Assembly (NCBI RefSeq): GCF_006345805.1
Contig: NW_021831846.1
Location: 164,907 to 228,906 of the forward strand
Length of the DNA: 64,000 bases
Direction: 5' to 3'
Source of the DNA: Octopus sinensis
Taxonomy: Eukaryota
A program made the translations under genes and the position numbers. Below, one piece after another: positions 1-12,583 of the stretch (positions within the stretch are counted from its first letter, which is position 1; each line of letters opens with the position of its first letter). Under the pieces are notes generated by a model, which was not told the origin of the DNA, searched no databases, and saw nothing but the letters and a program-made list of their open reading frames with translations.

Positions 1-494
1 CTAAATCAAAGTGAAATTTGATGACAGGCACAAGCACCATTCGAGTGTGATCGTTGCCAGCCTTGCATTACTGGCACTTGTGCCTCGTGCTAGTAGGGTG
101 CTAAGAGCACCATCTGAGCGTGATCGTTGCCAGAGTGGCTAACTAGCTTCTGTGCTGGTAGAATGTAGGAGGCACCATTCGAGCGGGATCGTTACCAGCA
201 TCACCTTACTGGCACCTGTGCCATTGTCATGTGTGTAAAATTCGAGCAAGGTCGTCGCCAGTACCACCTGACTGGCCCATGTGTAAAAATTCGAGCGAGG
301 TCATTGCCAGTACTGCCTGACTGGCCCCCACTACACTATCGGAGTGGTTGGCGTTAGGAAGGGCATCCAGCTGTAGAAACTCTGCCAGATCAAGACTGGA
401 GCTTGGTGCAGCCATCTGGTTCACCAGCCCACAGTCAAACCGTCCAACCCATGCTAGCATGGAGAACGGACGTTAAACGATGATGATGATGATG
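1..494 (+). mobile_element. RTE-LINE 3' UTR-derived repeat with (GAT)n tail
   Basis: ...TTGGCGTTAGGAAGGGCATCCAGCTGTAGAAAC...GGACGTTAAACGATGATGATG; family recurs at 6552-6935(-), 25485-25775, 35215-35518, 47500-48135, 49040-49391, 55640-56033. Confidence 0.72.
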
Positions 495-1654
495 AAACAA
501 AGTATCTGATAAGAGTCAATATTAATTACTTTCTTGCCAACCCTATATGTATACACACACACACACACACACATGTATATACACACATAAACACACACAA
601 TATATAATTATAGTAAGGGCATTGAGTAGCACTACAAGCTAGAAATAGACACCAAATGACTCTAAGAACTACATTATTTATCACATTGGCACAGGCTGAA
701 AGTGAGGGAAATGAACAAAGATTTTTTTAAATGGTTTAACCATAGAGCGATTTCTGCTTTAGGAATGTAACACCCTTTGCTGTCTTCAGTTTGGTAGAAC
801 TCAAAGTACATAATTATAAACATAGCGGTGCCCCAGCATGGCCACAGCTCATAAGCTGAAACTACAATCAATCATACCCATATGAACATAACGTATCCAC
901 AAGTGCATATACAAATGTTGACACTAGATCTAATTCATGCATCTCAACCACGTGTGAATAGGACCAAAATAATTCCTCAGTAATTAAATTGAAGTGATTT
1001 ATATTTATCTTCATAATCAAGGATAAAATCTATACATCTATATAAGATTTTATGAAGTAGCCAGCATGTAATATTAAATAAACCATTAAAAAAAAAAAAA
1101 CTTTAGTTCATTTCTCTCACTTTCAGCCCATGTCAATGTGATAAGAGCCATTGGCATCTATTTCTAGCATGTGGTGCTACTCATTAGTGCCCTTACTATA
1201 TTTAAATAATTATATATTTTGTATTAATTTTTACCTACATGCTGGCTACTTGATAAAATCTTATATAGATTTTATCCTTAATTATAAAGATATCTATATA
1301 TCTTAATTCATCACAGAAGTGATTCATTTCCACTAACTTTTTATAAAAAAAAGTGACAGGCGGGGGTCTATTTGTGCATTGTAATTCATCCCTAATCATC
1401 AGAGCTAAGATGATCTGCATAAGAAATGAGATCCACAGGATATGCAGTGGGGCAAGGAAGCTGAAACACCATCATATAATTCTGAAAAGCCCTTATGGAG
1501 AATGGCTATCCAGACCCTTTCACCAAATGCCAGGACATCACCAGACCACAAAACCTACACATTCAAGGATAATGCAGTTTTAGCAACTGGATAATCTATA
1601 GGAAGGGTCTGAATCTATGTATAATCTATAGGAATTGTCTCAATATATATCTAT

Positions 1655-1882
1655 TTCTTTATTACCCACAAGGGGCTAAACACAGAGGGGACAAACAAGG
1701 ACAGACATAGGTATTAAGTCGATTACATCGACCCCAGTGCGTAACTGGTACTTATTTAATCGACCCCGAAAGGATGAAAGGCAAAGTGACCTCGGTGGAA
1801 TTTGAACTCACAACGTAACGCAGACGAAATACCGCTAAGCATTTCACCCGGCGTGCTAACGTTTCTGCCAGCTCGCTGCCTT
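1655..1882 (-). mobile_element. SINE-like repeat (family D)
   Basis: Head GGCAGCGAGCTGGCAGAAACGTTAGCACGCCGGG...GAGTTCAAATTCC; fragments also at ~52866-52925 and ~27870-28000. Confidence 0.6.
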
Positions 1883-2240
1883 TTATTGTCTCAATATATA
1901 TCATTTAACATCCCCTTTTCTGTGCTGGCATAGGTTGGATAGTTTGACCAGAACAGATGAGCCAAAGGACTCCACCAAATTCTGTCTACTTCTGAATGGT
2001 TTCTGCAACTGGAGGCCAGTCTTAACAACCACCACCTAAGTGTACTGGGTGTATTTTATGTGGCACTAACGCCAGTGAGATTGCCAAATAGCTGCAGGAT
2101 AAGATCCTTCAACTGAGTGGAGTATAGACTGAAGGAATAAGAAACTATGATAGAGTGAGAGGAGCAAGTGTCTTGCTGAAGAGGTGAATACATGGCTTGC
2201 CCACCTAGAAAGAGATATGAGGCTCAGGTATAATGTTAGT

Positions 2241-2614
2241 GGACGGAAGCACTCCGTTGGTTACAACGACGAGGGTTCCGGTTGATCCGATTAGCGGAAC
2301 AGCCTGCTCGTGAAATTAACCTGTAAGTGGCTGAGCACTCCGCAGACACGTGTACCCTTAACGTAGTTCTCGGGGATATTCAGCGTGACACAGAGAGTGA
2401 TAAGGCCGGCCCTTTTAAAATACAGATACAACAGAAACAGGAAGTAAGAGTGAGAGAAAGTTGTGGTGAAAGAGTACAGCAGGGATCACCACCATCCCTG
2501 CCGGAGCCTCGTGGAGCTTTTAGGTGTTTTCGCTCAATAAACACTCACAACACCCGGTCTGGGAATTGAAACCGCGAGTCCGCTGCCCTAACCACTGGGC
2601 CATTGTGCCTCCAC
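2241..2614 (-). mobile_element. tRNA-derived SINE (family B), full length
   Basis: tRNA-like head (TGGCCCAGTGGTTAGGGC...); 11-bp TSD ATAATGTTAGT at 2230-2240 and 2615-2625. Confidence 0.85.
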
Positions 2615-2960
2615 ATAATGTTAGTATGAGAGAGAAGGATAGAAGAGCAGAAAAGGTGGATGTGTAGGTAAGTGGATTGTGAAAATAGTGTGACATGATT
2701 AGAGATGGGGAATGAATTGGATGCAGAGGATATCGGTTCAGTGTGGGGAGAAGTGAAGAAATGGGATAAAGTGTGTTGTGTGGACATGTTGAATTTTATT
2801 TGATATAGTTCTGATAGCCTCTGCATTTACTAAGATCTGATGTTTGATGTATTTCTTTTTGTTTTTGGTGAAATTGGAGTGTGGTAGAAGCGAGTTGGTT
2901 ACATTTATATTTGATGCCTTAATTTCTTCATGGTAATTTTATTTCAATTTTTGTTTGTAG

Positions 2961-3087
2961 GATGGTGGTTTGGAAGAAACTGATGTGACACAAGGTAGCA
3001 GGTTTAGCCGCTGGTTCAGTCAAACTGCCAACCATGACAACAACAGCAGGCGTTCCTCTATTGTTGAGGAGACAGGCTGTATACGAG
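2961..3087 (+). CDS. EIF4ENIF1: 4E-T exon: DGGLEETDVTQGSRFSRWFSQ...
   Basis: tttgtag acceptor, GTAGGT donor, phase 0 to 1, SRFSRWFS motif. Confidence 0.88.
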
Positions 3088-4844
3088 GTAGGTCCGCAAT
3101 AATCTCCCTGGTAGTACATGGGGGTAGCTATTGGTATAATAGTACTTGTATAGATACTCTGCTTAGCCCCGTAAGGGAGCAGATGCTCAGGAGCCATCTA
3201 AAGATCACATTTACCGAAACATCTGAATACAGATTTAAAAAAAAAAATTCAGCCTATGTTTGTTTTGAGCTAGGTTTTAATGGTGATAGTTTTTTCATTG
3301 CGGGGCATATTAATCCTAGATTTATTTAAAAAAAAAAAATCTAAACATTTACAAAAATGAAGTTTGACAGATCCATGTCCACAAATCATCTGATAGCTGT
3401 GCTTTTGAAGACCTGGAATAAAAAGAATTCTTCTGGAAAGAAGGTATGGATTAGCAAGAGGAAGGACATCCATCTGTAAAAGCATGCCTTGGTATGTACT
3501 CAAAGTTGTACTTGCATGGATAAACAGATCTAAAATAAGATACATATATGCTGCTGGACACCTGTCACTGAGGAAACCACAGCAGGGTGAAATCACATGA
3601 TCTGGCAGTCCTGTTGGCTGTAGCAGATGATCTTTGTCTGTCACTGATCTGTGCTTTCATGCAGCACAAGTCATGGGAGATCCTCTCGAGATAAATAATG
3701 CAGTATTTTGTGTTCTAACACAACCTCCATTTTAAGTTGATCAAGATTACCTTTTGGCATTAATACTTTTTTTTGTTGCTATTATATATGTATATATAAT
3801 GTGTGTGTTAGTGGAGAGTCCTGTTTTAATGCCCTATTAATTGAATATATATATATAAAATATTATTGTAAGAGCTCAAATTAAGGGAGGTATGGTTACT
3901 ACATTGACTAGGTAGGCCATGGAATTAAATAGAAGTTTCTTCATTGGTTTGAGCTTTTGGCAGTGGTTTTAATTAACCAGTTTCCCTTTAAAAAATTGAA
4001 CAATCAAGATTTTTTTTTCTTTAGTACTATGTCAAATTTGCAACCCTTGTTGGTTTCTATTTTATTTGAAAGCAGAGGTAGATGAAGATTTAGCTGATTG
4101 ATTTTGCATGTCAGATGCCTGCAATATCTCTGATATTTGTTCTTATCGCAGCAAATCCATAAAAGATGTTGGCCAAAGTTGTTTCAGGATTATATTATTT
4201 TGACTTGTTTTGGAAAATGAAATTAAGTGTTAAATTTTAGATCAAATTTAAGAGATTGGAATAAATATATATTTAATCCTGCATGTGAAGGTGCATGGCT
4301 CAGTGGTTAGTGTCGAGCTTACGATCGTGAGGTTGTGAGTTTGATTCCCAAACTGGACTGTGTTGTGTTCTTGAGCAAGACACTTTATTTCCCGTTGTTC
4401 CCGTTCACTCAGCTGTAGAAATGAGTTGCAACATCACTGGTGCAAAAGCTGTATCGGCCCCTTGCCTTTCCCTTGGATAACATCAGTGGTGTGGAGAGGG
4501 GAGGCTGGTATGCATGGGTGACTGCTGGCATTCCATAAACAACCTTGCCTGGACTTGTACCTCAGAGGGTAACTTTCTAGGTGCAATCCCATGGTCATTC
4601 ATGACCGAAGGGGTTTTCCTCAATCCTGCAATAATTATGGATTTACAACCTATGACTTACCAACCATTCTCTCTAAATTCATGTTGGCAAGTGGGCTGGG
4701 CGAAACAAAGCAATAGCCATTCATTTCTTGATGGAAACTATTTTTAACAATGTTTGAAATGCTAAATCTTCAAACTTTAGCCAGTAGTGTAAAATTTCTA
4801 AAACCAGAAACCAAAATAATACATTATAGACCTTGCTAGCAGGG

Positions 4845-4878
<34 letters not shown>

Positions 4879-7800
4879 TATATATAATTCTCTATTCGAA
4901 GTGAAAAATTAAATAATCACAAGAATTTGAGACGAGGATCCAGATGACCAAATTGTAAACTCTAATCTATTTAATCCCCACCTTTCCAGTATTTCCACTG
5001 CTCTGAATAGCTAACAAAGTAAATGCTTACATCACGGATTGAATTTTAATTTCCAATAAAGGTTGCTATAACAAGGATATTCTAGTTGAACTGCTATTGT
5101 ATGTTTACTATTTTTCATAACGTTCTTTCTATTTCTAAGATAAAATTGGAAAGCGTTTATTTGGGTTTGTGGGGAATCTCCTGAAAAAAATTATGCATAG
5201 GAAAGATTTATCTTTGAAATGAATTGTCATCAAGGTTACTATTTTGGCCCCTAATTCTTCCCAGTTAGCTGTTGTAAAATATTTCTAATCTTTTAAAACC
5301 TATTTCTTAAGATATATATATATCACCTGAGTATCTGTTTATTTTGAAAGTGATCAAAAAATTGTGAGGTATTTAATAAAATAATTATGGTTATTAAGCT
5401 GGTTTTTGGAACACGGCTTAAAGTTCTTGCATGAAACTAAAATAGGTATTAAGTACAGGTGCAAAATCAAGGTTTTGGAAACATTGGTTCCAAAGCTTTT
5501 TTGGATTACTGATTTTCTGAACCAGAGATGGTCATGCTCTAAATTAAATATTAAATTAACTTAATTAAATGCAATACATGTACCTGTACATTAGTATAAG
5601 TGATACAAGTTTATCATTACTGTACTGTGCAAATTACCTGTAAATTAGTCTGGTTGCCATGGGAATTGCAAATTCTTCATTAATTAATGTGGATTATAAG
5701 AGGTTCTGGACGATTAGTGTCTGGAAAGTCGGTGTTATGTCTTTATAAACACTTCAGAACAGATAGTTTTGTAAAACGAATCAGCAATAGTTTCAAGTGG
5801 GTTGGTTCCACAAGGAAGTAGGGCAGGGAAAAGACAAACCTTGTGCGTTCATGTTGTGACTGGTTACTGTGTATATTTACCTGACACAGCACTTGGGTTT
5901 GGAATTACTTATTCTGATGATTGATTGCTTATTTTGCAGTACACTTGATTTGAACAACTTGTTTTAAAAAATTGGTTCACGAAATTGCTAGAATTCTTAA
6001 CTCATTGCAGTGAGAACAGACTTCATCAAACCTTATAAAACTTCTTTGTGTGTGTGTGTGTGTGTAAATATTGTTTTTATTTGGATAACCTTGTGTATTT
6101 ATACAAAAGTAGAGTTCAAAACAAACTCCTTTTTGGTCAATTTCAGTGTGTGGAGTCAGCTGTGTGTTAAGCTTTGACATGTCATTGATAATTGAATTTT
6201 GAAATGACCAACTGCTCCAAAAATATCTTATACACATGCTTACACATATGTCCTACATTTTTAATGCCAAGTTTCATCTCACATGGCCTGATATTAGTTG
6301 AAAAGCAGTTCTAGTGATATTTTTTATCTTTAACCCTCTTTTTACTGTGAAAATCAGAAATATCCACTTGAGATTTCGTTACTCTTAACTGCAGGAAGCT
6401 GTTTTAATATGCCAGTCTACCAATCTCTCTTTTGTTGAGGAATGATGTTTGAAACTACATTTTGTTGTGATGAATCAAATTTATCAAGGCAACGTGACTT
6501 GCAGAAAATACTCATTCTATGTTATGATAGATATCTGATATTACCGGAATCATCATCATCATCATAGTTTAACGTCCGCTTTCTATGCTAGCATGGGTTG
6601 GACGATTTTGACTGAGGGCTGGCAAGCCAGACGGCTGCACCAGGCTCCAATCTTGATCTGGCAGAGTTTCTACAGCTCCGAGAGTGTAGTGGGTGCTTTT
6701 TACGTGCCACCGGCAAGAGGGGCCAGTCAGATGGTACTGGCAACGACCTTGCTCGAATCTTTTTACACGTGCCACCGGCACAGGTGCCAGTGAAGTGACG
6801 TTGGTAACGATCACACTCGAATGGTGCCCTTGTACATGCCACGGATACGGAAGCCAGTTGGCTGCTCTGGCAACGATCACGCTCGGATGGTGCTCTTGGC
6901 ACCCTACTAGCACAGGCATGAGTGCCAGTAAGGAATAATCTTGAAATTTAAACGATTGATTAGTTAGTTGGTTAGATATATAATGAATTGACTAAGAATT
7001 AAGCAGGGACAGACTCGAGGCAGACCTTGAAATTAAATTTTACAGTTAATGGGTTAACCTAGGTTTTCCATAAAAACACATTGAAATGGAAAGATTAGTC
7101 ATTCATACTTGGAGAAACTGAATATGTGGATGCAGGCTTGGCTGTGGTTAAGCCGTTTGCTTTGCAATCATGTTGTTCTGGGTTAATTTTCATGGGACAG
7201 CACCCTGAGAAAGTGCTTACTTCTATAGTACAGGGCCATTCAATGCCTTGTGTATTTGGTAAACAAAAACTGCATGGAAGCCAGTTGTGTGCATGTGCAT
7301 ATCCCAACCCACGACAGCATGGAAGGCTGGTGATAACATATTTATGTGTAATATACATATGTGTGTTTCTCTGCACTTGATAACCAGTATTGGTTTGTTT
7401 ACATTCTCGTAACTGAGCTGACTGGCAAAAAGAGACCTGTTGAATAAGTACCAGACATTAAGTACTGGAATCATTTTGCTTGGCCAAAACCAGTGATCTT
7501 TATAAAAAGTGAAAGAATATCCAAAGATAACATATTTACTGTTTAATAGTTTTAATGAAGTCTGTTCTATTATCTGTTATGTATTAATGTTTATGTTAAT
7601 CTTGTTTAATTACTGATTTTGAGTTTATACTAATTGAGTTAATTTTCATGCTGACATTTACATTTCTAACTGTATTTTTAAATATTTTCAATATTTGATG
7701 TTTGGTTTTCATATTTTTCTTAATGCAGAATATTGAATTTTTATTTGTGAAAACATTTTTACATTCTAGTATTTCATTTATTTCAAATCCATTTTCTATG

Positions 7801-9728
7801 TGATGCTTTTGTCTCAAAGTTGTCTGTAAAATGTGCTTAATGGTAGCTAGTTTTTACATTTTTGTTTTCCTTTGTGCAATTCATTCCACTTATCTGGCAA
7901 GGATACTTTTGACCACTTTCGAAGGGTAGGAGGGAAATGCGAGCTGATTGTAATAATGATATAACTAGAAGCTTAAGGTTTCTAAAATATTTTTTGGTGA
8001 AAATGAAAATAAGGAACTAATAGATTTTAAGTTGTTAATGTAGAAAGGCATACTTATTTCAAAGCATACAATATCTTATTTTTACATTTTGTTTTAAAGT
8101 TAATATTCCTGTTTCCTTTTCAATTTTTTTTTCATGTTTCTAAAATCACATTCTGCCCTAGAAGTATTAAGGAATAGAAGTAAAGCTTCAGCATCTATCT
8201 TCTGTCTCTTTTATTAAACTTTAGCTCAATTATTAAGCTAGGAAGTTGCTGGCAGAATCATCATCATCATGTCTGCCAAAATGCCCATTGGCTTTTCTTC
8301 CAGTTCTTTACGTTGTGAGCTTAATTCCTGCCAAGGTCCACTTCGCCTTTTTGGTTCTTTTTGGAGCCCATAAAATAAAGTACCAGTCAAATACTGGGGT
8401 TGATGAAAACAACTTGCTCCCTCCCTTAAAATTATTGGTTTTGTGTCAATTTGAAGCAAACTCTTTTACTAAACCTTAGATTAATTATTAACCTTTCTAT
8501 AATCATGGTGTCTCAGTATTGTGATTATAGAAATGTTAATAATTGATCACTGTATTGACCAGACTATTGGATATTGGAGATCGCTGGTTACAATGCGCTT
8601 TGCATTGTTTTAGCATTTAAATGCTCCCCCCCCCCCACTGATTGGGCTTTGACAAGAGCTGGCAAGACCATGGCTGCACCAAATTCCATTGTCTGCTTTT
8701 TATGTGGGACCACCACCAGTGCCTATTTACATGTCACCTTGGTTTTAGGATATCAATTCTGTTGAGGTGGGCAGGTCTTTTTTTAGTACCGCAATGCACC
8801 ACATATCTTGGCCCTCTGTCATCTCCTTTCTAAGGCTCAGCATTTTGAGATTGGCCTTCTATACTTTATCCCATATCTTCCTGGGTCTCCCTCTCACACA
8901 ACTTCCCTCCACTTTAAGTGATTGGCACTTATGCAACTGTCCTCATCCATCTGCATCATGTGACCAAATCCAGTGCAATCTGTTGTCATTCACATTGCAT
9001 ATTGTTCCTGTTAACCTTAACTTTTATCTCAATACTCGAGTGTTCTGTTGCACATGTACACTGACAACACATCCACTGGAGTATACCAGCTTCATTCCTC
9101 GTTAGTCTTCACACATCATTTGCATTCAGGTCCACATCTCACTACCATGTGGCATTGCAGTTCATATACATGCACTATACAATTTTCCTTTCCTTTTGGG
9201 AGAGAGACCTTTGCCAAGTAAAAATTCTGAACTTTCTCCATCCTGTTCTTATTCTAGAAATTATTTACAACTTCCAGAGATCCTCTGGGACATTAGAGGA
9301 AATCAGTTTCCATTTATCTGTGGTCTTAATGACTCCTGTAAATCTTCCACACAAGAACACTACCTTCTCTGTTAACCTTCATAGTATTCCACTGCATCTT
9401 GTGTGTCCATAGTCTGCACTGGGAACACTGAATGGAATCAATGTCTGGAATTACATTTTAGTTTAGTATCTTTTTTTTTTTTTTTTTTTCCTCCATAAAA
9501 GGAGACAGGCATGTGAACTAAAATCTTAGTTGTAAATCAGAGCTAGCATTCTTACCTCCATACTCTGATTTTCCAGATCTTTGCTTTTATAGTAAGCACT
9601 AAATTCTGTTCAAATTAAAATCTGGTAGTTGAGTGTTTTATCAAATTTATCTACTAATTATGGTAAGACTTAATTACTTCTTAGCAATTGATTTTTAAAG
9701 TTTAAATTTATTCACATGTGCACACACA

Positions 9729-9772
<44 letters not shown>

Positions 9773-12543
9773 CGCATAAATATACTTGTATGGTTGGTTA
9801 AAATTTTTTTTTTTTTGTTACATATTTTTTTCTTAATCTAATCAGATCTGATTGAAACACACAGTTCTACTACAATTTCCTCCTCCTCAACTTCCCCAAC
9901 TATTTTGGGAGTATCAAGTATGCATCCATCTCAGGACCCTCTCATCCAACATCGTAATCATCAACTTCAACAACTGCAGCAGCAGCAACAGCAGCAGCCA
10001 CAACATCACCCCCGTCCCTATCACCACAAGCCACCCTCACAGCAACAGCCATCACTCCCACCAGTTACACAGTTACAACAAATGCATTCATTGCAACCAT
10101 CTTCACTACCACCAGCATTACAACATCAACTATCGCAACCAATACAGCAGTCAGAAGACACTGGTAATTCCCTGTTTTCCTTGGGTCCCCACCCAGTGAA
10201 TAGTAGTACATTATCGCCACATCTACCATCTCGAGCACCACCGTCACCCCGATCGGAGCAGCAGCAGCAGCAGTCGTTAGGGCCGAGCATCCTGTCGGGT
10301 ATTGCTCCTTCACAGGGTAGTATTGTGTCCAGCAAAAGGGACATCTTGGAGTCACTTAATCAGGACACCACCACCACAACCATTACCACCACCAACACCA
10401 CCGCCAACAACAACATCAACAACCACCACCACCACCACCACCACCACCACCACCGCAGCAGCAACAACTCTGTATTGGAATCTCTTTTCAACTTAAACTG
10501 TCCAGTCCCTGAAAAACCAGATTCAGGTAAGCTTGACTTTTGTGGTCTACTGAAATGGTCGCATACTTATTTGTAACCTATCATCGACTATCTTTACACC
10601 CTTCCCCTGTTCCCCTCCCAGTTTTTGAGTTTGGAAACTGAGCTGGACATTTTTTCAATCTTACTCTGTAACTTAGTTACGATTATTATTATTATTGATG
10701 TTACAATGTAATTTCTCTCTAGGAATTGTCATACTGTTACTTAAAGGTTAACTCTTGTGTGCAAGTATGCTATTTTTTTTTTTTAATTCTTGTCCCTGTC
10801 CTACACATTTTAACCCTTTCGTTACAGTATTTTGAGATGCTCTGTGTTTCTTTCAATTATTTTAAATATAACAAAGAATTTAACAAAGTAAGTTAAGCTA
10901 GTGTTTTTTTAATTCAAAACTTAAGAAAACAGTACATTTGTACTACAGAACCAGAGCTGGTTTCAGCCGGGTTGGTAACAAAAGGGTTAAAACAGGTGTT
11001 TTTTTTTTTCTAAATTTTTTTGCATAGTATTAAGAAATGCTGTTTTACCTACAAATTTATCTGAAATCCCCTTACATCTACCTACCATTTAATGTTTTTA
11101 AGTAAATTGTAGATCTGATTAATGGGTGAATGGTCTTGAAATTCAGAATTAGGTGGTAGATTTGCCAGATTCATTGAAGAAACAGTGGGTAGCAGTTAGT
11201 CTTTGTAGAATTTCTCTAGCATGATTCAATGTTAAAAACGTTTGTACTTGATGTTTGTTGTCAATGTATGACTAATTTTTCAGAAACCTCCAGACTGTTC
11301 TGTCACATGGCATGGAGTTATACACACACACACACACACACACACACTCTAAGTTGATATAGCTGTACAAACTGTCTAGATGTGTGGGGAAGGGGTCACA
11401 TGAGACTTGAATTGTTTTATGTTAATTTCACCTGTTTTGATGCCATGCATGACCAACATTTCCACTCGTGCATGACCAAGGTTACCATTTGGCTTGATGG
11501 GGATTTTTGTTGTATCTCTTTCTCATCTTCTCTCTCGCCGCCACCCTTCCCTAGCCTGTTTCTCCTCCTCTTTCTTCTGTCTCCCATCCATTCCTCCATG
11601 GTGGCTTCCTGTCTGTCCCTCTTCAGTCTCGCATTAATCACTGATGAAATTTGCTTTACGTTAATGTTCAGAATACGTGTGAAAGTCAAGTTTTGATTGA
11701 ATATTTAATATCTCTGGGTGTAAGGGATATTAATGTACAAGGAATTAAAATTTTTGTTAAAATTTGATCTTTTTTCTTTTAGAAAAGCAAACAAAAAACA
11801 AACCTGAGCTGTATGCTAATTAAGACAGGCAACTATCACTGTATTAAAGGCCAATTACTCAAACTAAATTTTAATTATTAATCAGAAATTTTAGTGTTTA
11901 TAGTGTCTCAAAAATACAGATTCCTTAGACAGTACAATTTTTCTGCATGATATTGCAATATACGCACAGGTGTATTTCACTCTTAGAAATCTGTAGTTTT
12001 TTTTTTTTTTTTTTGAGACACTATATTAATTTGATTTAATACTAATATCTTAACATTTTCTGTTATAAAAATTATCAAATTGAATTAACATTTTTTTCGA
12101 AATTCTTTCAAAACTTTACTAAAAATTTTCATTGGTCATAGGTAACAATGTGAGTTTTTTCTTAACACAATTCTTTCAGATGGTTTTTGTTAAAAATTTT
12201 CTACAAAATGCCTCTATTTCTGCTGTTTTAAAAGCGTCTTCTGACCAATTTTTTCTTTTTTTTTCTTTCTCCCCTTGTCCCTTCTGATTCAATATTTTTA
12301 GGTAGTCCTACCAATGTCAATGTGCACGATGCTTCTGCTCAACTCAAGGCCTTACTGTTTGGTAAAGTTGGCCGAGATTCTGTTGCTGCCTCTCCAACGC
12401 CTGGTATAAATGCCTATGGTATGTAGACTCTTCTTTTGTATTCTCTTGCTTCTACTACTACTTCCTACAATTAAGACCTTTAGTTACTGGCTATTAAACT
12501 TACTGATTTCTAACGAGTACCAGATCATGCATTTTGGGAGGAG

Positions 12544-12583
<40 letters not shown>

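Noticed and set aside
1353-1600. Possible extra upstream 4E-T exon
   Set aside because: Open frames exist but there is no usable GT donor and no 4E-T motif.
4284-4360. tRNA genes at SINE heads (also 53690, 55263)
   Set aside because: A/B boxes continue into repeat bodies with TSDs; no complete cloverleaf.
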